Assembly (NCBI GenBank): GCA_041496945.1
Contig: JBGQFO010000005.1
Coordinates: 1 to 53,483 of the forward strand
Direction: 5' to 3'
Source of the DNA: Candidatus Limnocylindria bacterium
GTDB taxonomy: Bacteria > Chloroflexota > Limnocylindria > P2-11E
DNA: 53,483 bases
Shown here one piece after another: positions 45,947 through 53,483 of the stretch (within the stretch, counting starts at the first letter, position 1; each line of letters begins with the position of its first letter). The notes beneath the pieces were generated by a model that was not told where the DNA came from, did no database searches, and worked only from the letters and a program-made list of their open reading frames with translations. The position numbers were made by a program, and so were the translations under genes.

Positions 45947-45973
45947 GTAACTTTCAAACCTGCCTATTACTGG

Positions 45974-46002
45974 TTGACGGGCTAGAGCCTACGGCGTAGC
46001 GT
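45974..46002 (+). promoter_or_regulatory. Sigma70-type promoter for the small-peptide genes
   Basis: TTGACG (45974-45979), 17 bp, TAGCGT (45997-46002). Confidence 0.75.
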
Positions 46003-46014
46003 TCGGCATGTCAA
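45986..46014 (-). promoter_or_regulatory. Sigma70-type promoter for the CGNR gene
   Basis: Minus strand TTGACA (46014-46009), 17 bp, TAGGCT (45991-45986). Confidence 0.8.
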
Positions 46015-46015
46015 C

Positions 46016-46041
46016 AACCGTCTAAATACGAATAGCCGGTT
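46016..46041. promoter_or_regulatory. Candidate operator (inverted repeat)
   Basis: AACCGTCTA-aatacgaa-TAGCCGGTT, 8 of 9 arm positions complementary, AT-rich. Confidence 0.6.
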
Positions 46042-46061
46042 TATGAGAAGGAGGTCACCGC

Positions 46062-46163
46062 ATGGAGCTGCTCATCGCTCTCGGCGCGTTCGTCCTGGTG
46101 GACGTGCTCGCCATCCGCTTCGGCTTCGACAGCCGTCCGCTGCCCGTCCGCAAGGACGACTAG
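46062..46163 (+). CDS. 33-aa single-TM peptide MELLIALGAFVLVDVLAIRFGFDSRPLPVRKDD
   Basis: SD AAGGAGGT 6 nt before the ATG; GC3-rich codons; too short for the ORF track. Confidence 0.8.
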   Translation: MELLIALGAFVLVDVLAIRFGFDSRPLPVRKDD

Positions 46164-46192
46164 GTCGTCCATCGACCAGAGGGAGGAGACCC

Positions 46193-46390
46193 ATGGAGCT
46201 CATCTTCGTTCTCGGCGCGTTCCTGGCGCTCGACGCCGTCGCGTTCTTCCTCGACAGCAGGGGCGATCGCGCCCTCCTGCATCACGACCAGGCGCTCGAC
46301 GCCATCCGCCACGGCGACATCGACCTCTACCGCCAGGAGATCGCGCGCATGGAGCAGGAGATCGCGAGGGGCGCGTGGCGAACGCTCTGA
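46193..46390 (+). CDS. 65-aa small membrane protein, paralogous N-terminus (MELIFVLGAFLALDAVAFFLDSR)
   Basis: SD GGGAGGAG; N-terminus resembles the upstream peptide. Confidence 0.8.
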   Translation: MELIFVLGAFLALDAVAFFLDSRGDRALLHHDQALDAIRHGDIDLYRQEIARMEQEIARGAWRTL

Positions 46391-46398
46391 ACGGCCTC

Positions 46399-47751
46399 TT
46401 AGGCGGGGAGCTGTCCGGTGGCGGCGAACCGGTCGGCCACGTCGAGTGCCTCGTCGATGGCCTTGACCCCGAACCGGATCTCGTCCTCGCTGACGGTGAG
46501 CGGCGGGGCGACGAAGAGCATGTTCCAGCGGTTGAGCACGTAGACGTCGCGTGACATGAGCGCGTTCTTGAGCGCGTTCTGCAGCTTCGCCGACGGCCCG
46601 TTCCAGCGCTCGAGCATCTCCTTGGTCCCGCGGTCCTTCACCAGCTCGATGCCGATGAAGAGTCCCTTGCCACGCACGTCGCCGACCGACGGGTGCCGGG
46701 TGGCGATGGTGCGGAGCTCCTTCAGGAGCAGCTCCCCCATCTTCGCGCCCCGCTCGATGATCCGCTCGTCGCGGTAGGCCTTCACCGTCGCGACTCCCGC
46801 CGCGCACGCGAGCGGGTGACCCGCGTAGGTGAGGCCGGCCCAGAGGACGTTCGTGTCGAAGTGCTTCGCGATCTTCTCGTTGACCATGACGCCGCCGAGA
46901 GGCACGTAGCCCGAGGTCACGCCCTTCGCCAAGGTCATGATGTCGGGCACGACGCCCTCGTGTTCGACCGCGAACCACTTGCCCGTGCGGCCGAAGCCGG
47001 TCATCACCTCATCGATGATCAAGAGGATGCCGTGCTGGTCGCAGAGCGTGCGCAACCCGCGGAGGAAGCCGTCGGGCGGCACGATGAGTCCGCTGCTTCC
47101 GACGATCGGCTCGAGGTAGATCGCCGCGACGTACTGCGGCCCCTCGTACCAGAGCACCTCTTCGATGTGGGCGAGCGCCTTCTGCGCGTCGCTGCCGAAC
47201 ATCGAGCGGTACGGGTCGGGGTTGAGGAAGTGGACGATACCAGTGATGCCGGGCTCGTTCGCCCAGCGGCGGTTGTCGCCGCCCAGGGACGCCGCGCCCG
47301 CGGTCTGCCCGTGGAACGAGCGCCACTGCGAAAGGATCTTGTGCCGGCCGCTGTACATGCGCGCGATGCGGATCGCGTGTTCGGTGGCCTCGGTGCCACC
47401 GGTGGTGAAGAGCGTCTTCACCAGGTCACCGGGGGCGACCTCGGCCAGGAGCGTCGCGAGCTCGGCGCGGTTCGCCTCACCGAACGACGGTGTGACGTAG
47501 CAGAGCCGCTCGGCCTGCTCCTGGATCGCCTTCACGACCTTCGGGTGGCCGTGGCCGAGGTTGACGTTGATGAGCCCGGAAGAGAAGTCCAGGATCCGGC
47601 GCGCGCCTGAGTGAAGCCACGAGCCCTCGGCCCGATCGATGACGATCTGCGAGAGCGCGCCCTGTGCCGACCAGGAGACAAAGACGTGCTCGCGCGTCTC
47701 GCGAGCGATCTCCCCTGCGTCGACCGACGGCTTCTTCGTGTCGAGCGCCAT
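46399..47751 (-). CDS. Class III aminotransferase (beta-alanine/taurine--pyruvate type)
   Basis: LDFSS.L.NVNLGH, SFHG.T, EPI.G, DEVMTGFGRTG, T.AKG, G.TY.GHP; TACACT 6 nt before the ATG. Confidence 0.92.
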   Translation of the reverse strand: MALDTKKPSVDAGEIARETREHVFVSWSAQGALSQIVIDRAEGSWLHSGARRILDFSSGLINVNLGHGHPKVVKAIQEQAERLCYVTPSFGEANRAELATLLAEVAPGDLVKTLFTTGGTEATEHAIRIARMYSGRHKILSQWRSFHGQTAGAASLGGDNRRWANEPGITGIVHFLNPDPYRSMFGSDAQKALAHIEEVLWYEGPQYVAAIYLEPIVGSSGLIVPPDGFLRGLRTLCDQHGILLIIDEVMTGFGRTGKWFAVEHEGVVPDIMTLAKGVTSGYVPLGGVMVNEKIAKHFDTNVLWAGLTYAGHPLACAAGVATVKAYRDERIIERGAKMGELLLKELRTIATRHPSVGDVRGKGLFIGIELVKDRGTKEMLERWNGPSAKLQNALKNALMSRDVYVLNRWNMLFVAPPLTVSEDEIRFGVKAIDEALDVADRFAATGQLPA

Positions 47752-47806
47752 GGGCGGAGTGTACGTCGCAACAGCGGCACCGAGGCGCAGGCGATACGCT
47801 CGGCGC

Positions 47807-48739
47807 GTGAAGCTCGGCGCCACGCTGTGGCCGCAGAACACGACCTGGGAGGCGATGCGCGACGCCGCGCAGGTCCTCGACGGTGTCGGCTTCGAAACGA
47901 TCTGGACCTGGGATCACTTCTACGCGCTGGCCGGCGAGGAGGAGCGTCCGAACTTCGAGGCGTTCACGATCCTGGCCGCGCTCGCGCCGATGACGAAGAA
48001 CGCGCACCTCGGCGCGCTTGTGTCCGGCATCACCTACCGGCACCCCGCTGTCCTCGCGAACATGGCCGCGACGCTCGATCAGGTCTCGAACGGTCGCGCG
48101 ATCCTCGGGATCGGCGCCGCGTGGAATCAGACCGAGCACAAGGCCTACGGCATCGACCTCGGGACACCGGGTGAACGGTCACGCCGCTTCGCCGAAGGGG
48201 CGAAGGTCATTCGCGCGCTCCTGGACGGCGAGCGCCTGACCTACAAGGGCAAGTACTACCAGCTGAAGAACGCGGTGCTGAACACGCGTCCGGTGCAGAA
48301 GCGGCTGCCGATCATGATCGGCGGCGGCGGCGAGCAGAAGACGCTGCGCACGACGGCGAAGTACGCCGACATGTGGCACGGCTTCGGCCCGCCCGAGACG
48401 ATGAAGCGGAAGCTCGAGATCCTCCGCCAGCACTGCACCGAGGTCGGGCGCGATCCGAGCGCCATTGAGCCATGGGGCGGGCAGTGGATCTGCGTGCGCG
48501 ACGACGCCGAGGACGCGCGTCAGGTCCTCGACGACATCCGCGCGCACCACCACGGGATGAACCCGCCGACCGCGATCGTCGGGAACCCCGACCAGGTCGC
48601 CGCGAAATTGAAGGAGCACTGGGACGCCGGCGTGCGCGGCTTCATCCCCGGATTCGCCTACCCGTACGACACCGTGACCATGGAGCGGCTCGCGAAAGAG
48701 GTCCGCCCGCGCCTGCAGAAGCTGATCGCGGCGGCCTGA
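47807..48739 (+). CDS. LLM-class F420-dependent oxidoreductase (Rv1855c-like)
   Basis: W.WDHF, EA.T.LAALA, YR.PA.LA.MA.T.D..S.GR..LG.GA.W, IGGGGE.KTL; TACGCT 6 nt before the GTG. Confidence 0.88.
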   Translation: MKLGATLWPQNTTWEAMRDAAQVLDGVGFETIWTWDHFYALAGEEERPNFEAFTILAALAPMTKNAHLGALVSGITYRHPAVLANMAATLDQVSNGRAILGIGAAWNQTEHKAYGIDLGTPGERSRRFAEGAKVIRALLDGERLTYKGKYYQLKNAVLNTRPVQKRLPIMIGGGGEQKTLRTTAKYADMWHGFGPPETMKRKLEILRQHCTEVGRDPSAIEPWGGQWICVRDDAEDARQVLDDIRAHHHGMNPPTAIVGNPDQVAAKLKEHWDAGVRGFIPGFAYPYDTVTMERLAKEVRPRLQKLIAAA

Positions 48740-48788
48740 CCGGCACGGGCGCCGCGACGCCCATCTCTGTTAGTTTTCCTTTCGCCCA

Positions 48789-49943
48789 ATGAAGATCGGT
48801 GTCCCGAAGGAGACCATGCCCGGCGAGGCCCGGGTCGGCCTCGTCCCGGAGACCGTCGGCCGCCTGGTGAAGGCCAACAACACCGTCGTTGTCGAGCGTG
48901 GCGCCGGCACCGCCTCCTCGTTCACGGACGACGCATATGAGAAGGCCGGCGCGCAGCTCGTCGAGAACGCCTTCGAAGCGGACCTGGTCGCGAAGGTGCA
49001 GAAGCCGAGCGACGCCGAGATCGCGAAGCTTCGCTCGGGTACCACGCTCATCGCCTTCCTCCAGCCGCTCACGAACCACGAGCTCGTGCGCGCGCTTGCG
49101 GCGCAGGGCGTGACCGCGCTCTCGATGGATGCGATCCCGCGCATAACGCGCGCCCAGCCGATGGACGCGCTCTCGTCGCAGGCCACGGTCGCGGGGTACA
49201 AGGCCGTGCTGCTCGCGGCCGCGACACTGCCGAGGTTCTTTCCCATGCTCACCACCGCCGCGGGCACGATCGCCCCGGCGAAGGCCCTGATCATCGGCGC
49301 GGGTGTCGCAGGTCTGCAGGCGATCGCCACCGCGCGCCGCCTCGGCGCGGTGGTCGAGGCGTTCGACACGCGTCCCGTGGTGAAGGAGCAGGTGCAGTCG
49401 CTCGGCGCGAAGTTCCTGGAGATCGATCTCGGCGAGAGCGGCGCGGGCCAGGGCGGCTACGCGAAGGAGCTGTCGGAGGAGGCGCACCGCAAGGAGGTCG
49501 AGCTCCTCGCGAAGGCGGCGCGCGAGAACGACATCATCATCACGACGGCCGCGATCCCCGGCCGGAAGGCCCCGGTCCTCATCACCAAGGAGATGATCCC
49601 GACGATGAAGCCGGGCTCGGTCATCGTCGACCTCGCCGCGGAGACCGGCGGCAACGCCGAGCTCACCGAGCCGGGCAAGACCATCGTCACGCACGGAGTG
49701 ACGATCATCGGCCAGCTCAACGTGCCGTCATCGATGCCCTTCCACGCGAGTCAGATGTACTCGCGCAACATCGCGAGCCTCCTCGGTCTCATGCTGAAGA
49801 AGGACGGCACGTTCGACCTGAACCTCGGCGACGAGGTGGTGAAGGGCACGGTCATCACGCACGGCGGCCAGGTCGTGCACGGGGCGACGCAGAAGGCGAT
49901 GACGCCCGCGACCGCCCCGACCACGGCGCGGGTCGCTTCATGA
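48789..49943 (+). CDS. pntAA: NAD(P) transhydrogenase subunit alpha, part 1
   Basis: MKIGVPKE..GE.RV, PRITRAQ.MDALSSQ, GAGVAGLQA, GGYAKE, VDLA...GGN. Confidence 0.95.
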   Translation: MKIGVPKETMPGEARVGLVPETVGRLVKANNTVVVERGAGTASSFTDDAYEKAGAQLVENAFEADLVAKVQKPSDAEIAKLRSGTTLIAFLQPLTNHELVRALAAQGVTALSMDAIPRITRAQPMDALSSQATVAGYKAVLLAAATLPRFFPMLTTAAGTIAPAKALIIGAGVAGLQAIATARRLGAVVEAFDTRPVVKEQVQSLGAKFLEIDLGESGAGQGGYAKELSEEAHRKEVELLAKAARENDIIITTAAIPGRKAPVLITKEMIPTMKPGSVIVDLAAETGGNAELTEPGKTIVTHGVTIIGQLNVPSSMPFHASQMYSRNIASLLGLMLKKDGTFDLNLGDEVVKGTVITHGGQVVHGATQKAMTPATAPTTARVAS

Positions 49944-50272
49944 GCGACCTGCTGCTCGGCGCGTACATCTTCGTGCTGGCGATCTTCGTCGGGAACGAGG
50001 TCATCTCGAAGGTCCCGACGACGCTGCACACGCCGCTCATGTCCGGCGCGAACGCGATCCACGGCATCATCGTCGTCGGCGCGATGCTCGTCGCGACCGC
50101 GGTGCCGGGTCCGGCCGGGACCGTGCTTGGCTTCCTCGGTGTCGTGCTCGGCACGATGAACGTTGTCGGTGGCTTCGTGGTGACCGACCGGATGCTGCAG
50201 ATGTTCCGCGCGCGGCCGCGACCGGCCAAGCCAGCGGAGAAGATCGCGGCGACGCCGGCGGAGAAGAAGTAG
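49940..50272 (+). CDS. pntAB: NAD(P) transhydrogenase subunit alpha, part 2
   Basis: VP.TLHTPLMSG.NAI.G, N..GGF.VT.RML.MF. Confidence 0.95.
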   Translation: MSDLLLGAYIFVLAIFVGNEVISKVPTTLHTPLMSGANAIHGIIVVGAMLVATAVPGPAGTVLGFLGVVLGTMNVVGGFVVTDRMLQMFRARPRPAKPAEKIAATPAEKK

Positions 50273-51690
50273 TGGAGCAGCTCCGCGAGCTCGTCCCCTG
50301 GGTCTACTTCCTGGCCGCGGTCACGTTCATCCTCGGACTCAAGGGCCTCTCCGGTCCGACGACCGCCCAGCTCGGGAACCGCGTCGCGGCCACCGGCATG
50401 CTCCTCGCAGTCATCGCGACGTTCCTCGAGAGCCAGGTCGCGGCCGCCTGGGTGCTCATCGTCCCGGGCATCGCGATCGGCACGGCGGTCGGCTTCGTCG
50501 GCGCGCGCCGGGTGCCGATGACCGCGATGCCGCAGATGGTCGCGCTCTTCAACGGCGCCGGTGGCGGCGCGGCCGCGCTCGTGTCGGTGCAGGAGTACCT
50601 GCGCGCGACGGGCGCGGGTGACGCGACGGTCGGCGAGGTCATCGCGATCCTCCTCGGTCTCATGATCGGCGCCGTCTCCTTCTCCGGCAGCGCGATCGCC
50701 TTCGGCAAGCTGCAGGGCCTCATCAATGCACGCGCCTTCCGCTACACCGGCCAGCAGATCGTCACCGGCGGTCTGTTCCTCGGGATGCTCGCGGGCTCGC
50801 TCGCGCTCATCGCCGACGCCGCGGGGCTGGCGACGGTGCCGCACGAGCTCGTGCTCGGGATCGTCGGACTCCTCGCGCTGGCGTTCGGCATCGCTCTGGT
50901 CATGCCGATCGGCGGCGCGGACATGCCCGTGGTCATCTCGCTCCTGAACGCCTACACCGGCCTGGCCGTCGCGATGGCCGGCTTCTCCATCGGCAATCAG
51001 ATGCTCATCATCGCCGGCACGCTCGTCGGCGCGTCGGGCACCATGCTCACCCGCCTCATGTCGAAGGCCATGAACCGCAGCCTCGGGAACGTGCTCTTCG
51101 GCGCGTTCGGCGCCGCGACCGCGGTGGCCGCCGGAGCGAAGACCGACGATGGGCGCACCGTCCGCGAGATCAGCGCCGAGGACGCGGCGATCCAGCTCGG
51201 CTACGCGCAGAGCGTGATCATCGTCCCGGGCTACGGCCTCGCGGTGGCCCAGGCGCAGCACAGCGTCCGCGAGCTCGCCGATCTCCTCGAGGCCAAGGGC
51301 ATCGAGGTGCGCTACGCGATCCACCCGGTCGCTGGGCGCATGCCCGGGCACATGAACGTGCTGCTCGCGGAAGCGAACGTGCCGTACGAGAAGCTCTTCG
51401 ACATGGAGCAGATCAACGACGACTTCCAGCGCGCCGACGTCGCGCTGGTGATCGGCGCGAACGACGTGACCAACCCCGCGGCGCGCGCCGACAAGTCGAG
51501 CCCGATCTACGGGATGCCGATCCTCAATGTCGACCAGGCGCACAACATCATCGTGATCAAGCGCTCGATGAAGCCCGGCTTCGCGGGCATCGACAACGAC
51601 CTGTACCTCGACCCGAAGACCGGCATGCTCTTCGGCGACGCCAAGGAGGCGGTCGGCCGCGTGGTCGCGGAGCTGAAGAAGGCCGCGTAG
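50272..51690 (+). CDS. pntB: NAD(P) transhydrogenase subunit beta
   Basis: MT.MPQMVA, IGGADMPVVIS.LN, VPGYG.AVAQAQ, HPVAGRMPGHMNVLLAEA, GANDV.NP. Confidence 0.97.
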   Translation: MEQLRELVPWVYFLAAVTFILGLKGLSGPTTAQLGNRVAATGMLLAVIATFLESQVAAAWVLIVPGIAIGTAVGFVGARRVPMTAMPQMVALFNGAGGGAAALVSVQEYLRATGAGDATVGEVIAILLGLMIGAVSFSGSAIAFGKLQGLINARAFRYTGQQIVTGGLFLGMLAGSLALIADAAGLATVPHELVLGIVGLLALAFGIALVMPIGGADMPVVISLLNAYTGLAVAMAGFSIGNQMLIIAGTLVGASGTMLTRLMSKAMNRSLGNVLFGAFGAATAVAAGAKTDDGRTVREISAEDAAIQLGYAQSVIIVPGYGLAVAQAQHSVRELADLLEAKGIEVRYAIHPVAGRMPGHMNVLLAEANVPYEKLFDMEQINDDFQRADVALVIGANDVTNPAARADKSSPIYGMPILNVDQAHNIIVIKRSMKPGFAGIDNDLYLDPKTGMLFGDAKEAVGRVVAELKKAA

Positions 51691-51700
51691 CGCATCGCGG

Positions 51701-51904
51701 CTACGGCGCCGGGTCTTTGTCGCGCTTCTCGAAGGACTCCTCGACCTCGAGCTCGGCCGCGTAGGTCTCGAGGGTCCGGTTCGTGTCCTTCCGCTGCCAC
51801 ACCCGCCATGACAGGTAGCGGTGCTCGATCGCGGACCGCCACGCGAGCAGGATGATCACGACCATGACGGCGGTGACGAGGACGACGACGAGATCGCGTC
51901 CCAC
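51701..51904 (-). CDS. Small single-TM hypothetical protein (67 aa)
   Basis: GTG 2 nt after the nei stop; hydrophobic helix then charged tail. Confidence 0.55.
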   Translation of the reverse strand: MGRDLVVVLVTAVMVVIILLAWRSAIEHRYLSWRVWQRKDTNRTLETYAAELEVEESFEKRDKDPAP

Positions 51905-51906
51905 CG

Positions 51907-52782
51907 TTAGAGCCGATCGCGGCGATGTGGCACATGCAACGCCGGCACCGGAGCGGGGCGCGGCAGGTCGGCCGGTTTCACGTTCTGGCACGTCGGGCAA
52001 TACCACGACTTGCGCACCTCGTCAGGATGCCACCCCGACTCGACCATCGTGCCGCAGACGTGGCAGGGCAGACCCGCGCGCTCGTCGACCCACATGCGGT
52101 CGCTCGGGTCGAGCGTGAAGCGCGTGCGCCGCTCGCCGCCGTCGCGATTGAGCCGGATGAGCGTGCGCGCATGTTCGACGATCGCGCGCAGCGTCGCATC
52201 ATCGAGGTCACGCACCTGCGACCAGGGTGAGGTCTTCGCAAGGAACAGCGCCTCGACCTTGTAGACGTTGCCGATCCCGGAGATGACCCGCTGATCGAGC
52301 AGGGCGGTCGCGACATCGCGGTCCTCGTTCGCGCGCAGGCGACGCAACGCCTCATCGCTGTCGAACTCGTCGCGGATGATGTCGGGACCGAGCGCGCTCA
52401 CGATCCGGTGGAGGCCCAGCTCTTTCGCGGTGAGGAGCTCGACGATCGGCGGGTGGAAGCACGGCGCGACCACCTCGGCCGTGCGGATCACCACGCGCGC
52501 GTCGGACTCGGGTCGCCACCAGCGCTCGCCGGGGCGGTAGACGTGCCAGGTCCCGCTCATCTTCATGTGCGTGTGCAGCACGACCTCGTGCGGCGTGCCG
52601 AAGTGGATGAACAGGTGCTTGCCGTTCGACTCGACCTTGCTGACCGTGTTGCCGACGATCTCCTCGCGGCCGGCGGCCGCGCTCACCTTCGGATGCCCGA
52701 TCTCGAAGCCCGTTACGACTTGACCCACGAGCACGCGTCGCAACACCGTCGCGGTGCGGTGGATCGTGTCGCCCTCAGGCAC
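51907..52782 (-). CDS. nei: Fpg/Nei family DNA glycosylase
   Basis: MPEGDT, GKHL, H..M.G.W, LLDQ...GIGNVY..E, C..C...CP.CQ zinc finger. Confidence 0.93.
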   Translation of the reverse strand: MPEGDTIHRTATVLRRVLVGQVVTGFEIGHPKVSAAAGREEIVGNTVSKVESNGKHLFIHFGTPHEVVLHTHMKMSGTWHVYRPGERWWRPESDARVVIRTAEVVAPCFHPPIVELLTAKELGLHRIVSALGPDIIRDEFDSDEALRRLRANEDRDVATALLDQRVISGIGNVYKVEALFLAKTSPWSQVRDLDDATLRAIVEHARTLIRLNRDGGERRTRFTLDPSDRMWVDERAGLPCHVCGTMVESGWHPDEVRKSWYCPTCQNVKPADLPRPAPVPALHVPHRRDRL

Positions 52783-53483
52783 TGCGCTTCAGGTAGCCGC
52801 GCGGCGTGCGCGCGAAGCCCGCTTCCCGCAGCGGCTCGGCCATCGGCGACTCGTCGATGGGCTGGCCGTCGACCTCGTCGATGAAGAACGGTCCGTGCGC
52901 CTTGGCGGCCTCGGCCGCGAGCGCGCGTGCGATGAGCGCGCGGGTCCGCGCGGCGTCCAGCTCCTCACCGTCGACGAAGGTGAGGAGCGCGCGCTCCCCC
53001 CAAGGCACCGCGCGCGTGCCCGAGGAGGACGGCCGGTCCTTCGCCAGCCACGCCGCGAGAACACCGTCGATGAGGACGACGAGCGCACCGGCGGAGCGCA
53101 TCGGCTTTCGGGTCTCGTCACGATCGGGCCATCCCAGAGCGGCGCCATACGGATTCGCCGGATCGGTCGCGGCGATCGTGACGACCTTCTGCTCCCCCTC
53201 CGGTTCGCGCAGCGTCCGCAGCCGATCGACCGCGCCGGGGAGCGCGAACTGCGCCGCCCCGCGCCCCGCGACGAAGTAGCCACGCCGTACGCGTCCCGCC
53301 TCCTCCATCGACCGCAGCACGCCGTACACGGCGGAGAAGCCACCCGCGATCTCCTCGGCCTGCACCACCTCGCGCGTTATCACGCCGTAGCGATCGAGCA
53401 GCTGTCGTACGCGCGCGGTCAGGCGCTCGGTCGGCGTGAGCGACTCGTCGCGATACGTGGACACCAGCGACCAGCGCCCCGCG
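52775..53483 (-). CDS. lhr: Lhr family helicase, C-terminal region (partial)
   Basis: GRWSL, LL.RYGV..RE, GGF..VY..L..MEE.G..RRGYFV.G.G.AQFA, A.DPANPYG..L.WP; adjacent to nei. Confidence 0.9.
   Translation of the reverse strand, partial: AGRWSLVSTYRDESLTPTERLTARVRQLLDRYGVITREVVQAEEIAGGFSAVYGVLRSMEEAGRVRRGYFVAGRGAAQFALPGAVDRLRTLREPEGEQKVVTIAATDPANPYGAALGWPDRDETRKPMRSAGALVVLIDGVLAAWLAKDRPSSSGTRAVPWGERALLTFVDGEELDAARTRALIARALAAEAAKAHGPFFIDEVDGQPIDESPMAEPLREAGFARTPRGYLKRSA

Noticed and set aside
46043-46192. N-terminal extension of ORF 46043-46390
   Set aside because: This stretch is occupied by the SD-led 33-aa ORF in another frame; the second gene has its own SD before ATG 46193
48789-51690. 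Split transhydrogenase alpha subunit as a frameshift or pseudogene
   Set aside because: The three-gene pntAA/pntAB/pntB layout is a normal variant; all motifs are intact
465-53343. Many long Arg/Ala/Pro-rich alternative-frame and antisense ORFs (e.g. 12396-14246, 28123-29592, 49855-51543)
   Set aside because: Shadow ORFs expected at this GC content; they overlap motif-supported genes and carry no recognisable motifs
51907-53483. lhr-nei pairing as a novel repair system
   Set aside because: Already known from mycobacteria and other Actinobacteria
1-53483. tRNA, rRNA, CRISPR array, transposase, integrase or prophage
   Set aside because: None recognised by eye; intergenic gaps are mostly too short, but covariance-model scans were not run

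Overview
A gene-dense, very GC-rich (about 70% by eye) bacterial chromosome segment. Gene content (F420 enzymes, split PntAA/AB/B, zf-trcl protein, many leaderless starts) suggests a monoderm soil lineage such as Chloroflexota; this is inference. I saw no mobile elements, rRNA, tRNA or CRISPR array. Recognisable modules: a flavinylation locus (ferric-reductase-like TM domain fused to an FMN-binding domain, plus ApbE), an acyl-CoA synthetase-ACP-acyltransferase fusion, an ABC exporter, a Mo-dependent oxidoreductase, a peptidoglycan-sugar salvage operon (nagZ-amidase-anmK-kinase-murQ), a two-component system, an F420 cluster (cofE, fgd, two PPOX, two LLM) interleaved with reductive pyrimidine catabolism genes, transhydrogenase, and nei-lhr. 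The best novel signals are: (1) a probable unannotated selenoprotein at 17629-18120, with UGA at the position of the family's C-terminal NCP cysteine and a SECIS-like GGUC hairpin behind it; (2) a second tiny Cys-rich ORF nearby ending GC-UGA with an almost identically spaced GGUC hairpin; (3) a CGNR zinc-finger regulator sharing overlapping near-consensus promoters with two paralogous small membrane peptides; (4) a structured, SD-sequestering 5' UTR ahead of a zinc-ribbon gene; (5) a candidate F420H2-dependent first step of pyrimidine reduction. Family assignments come from motif recognition only; no database searches were run.
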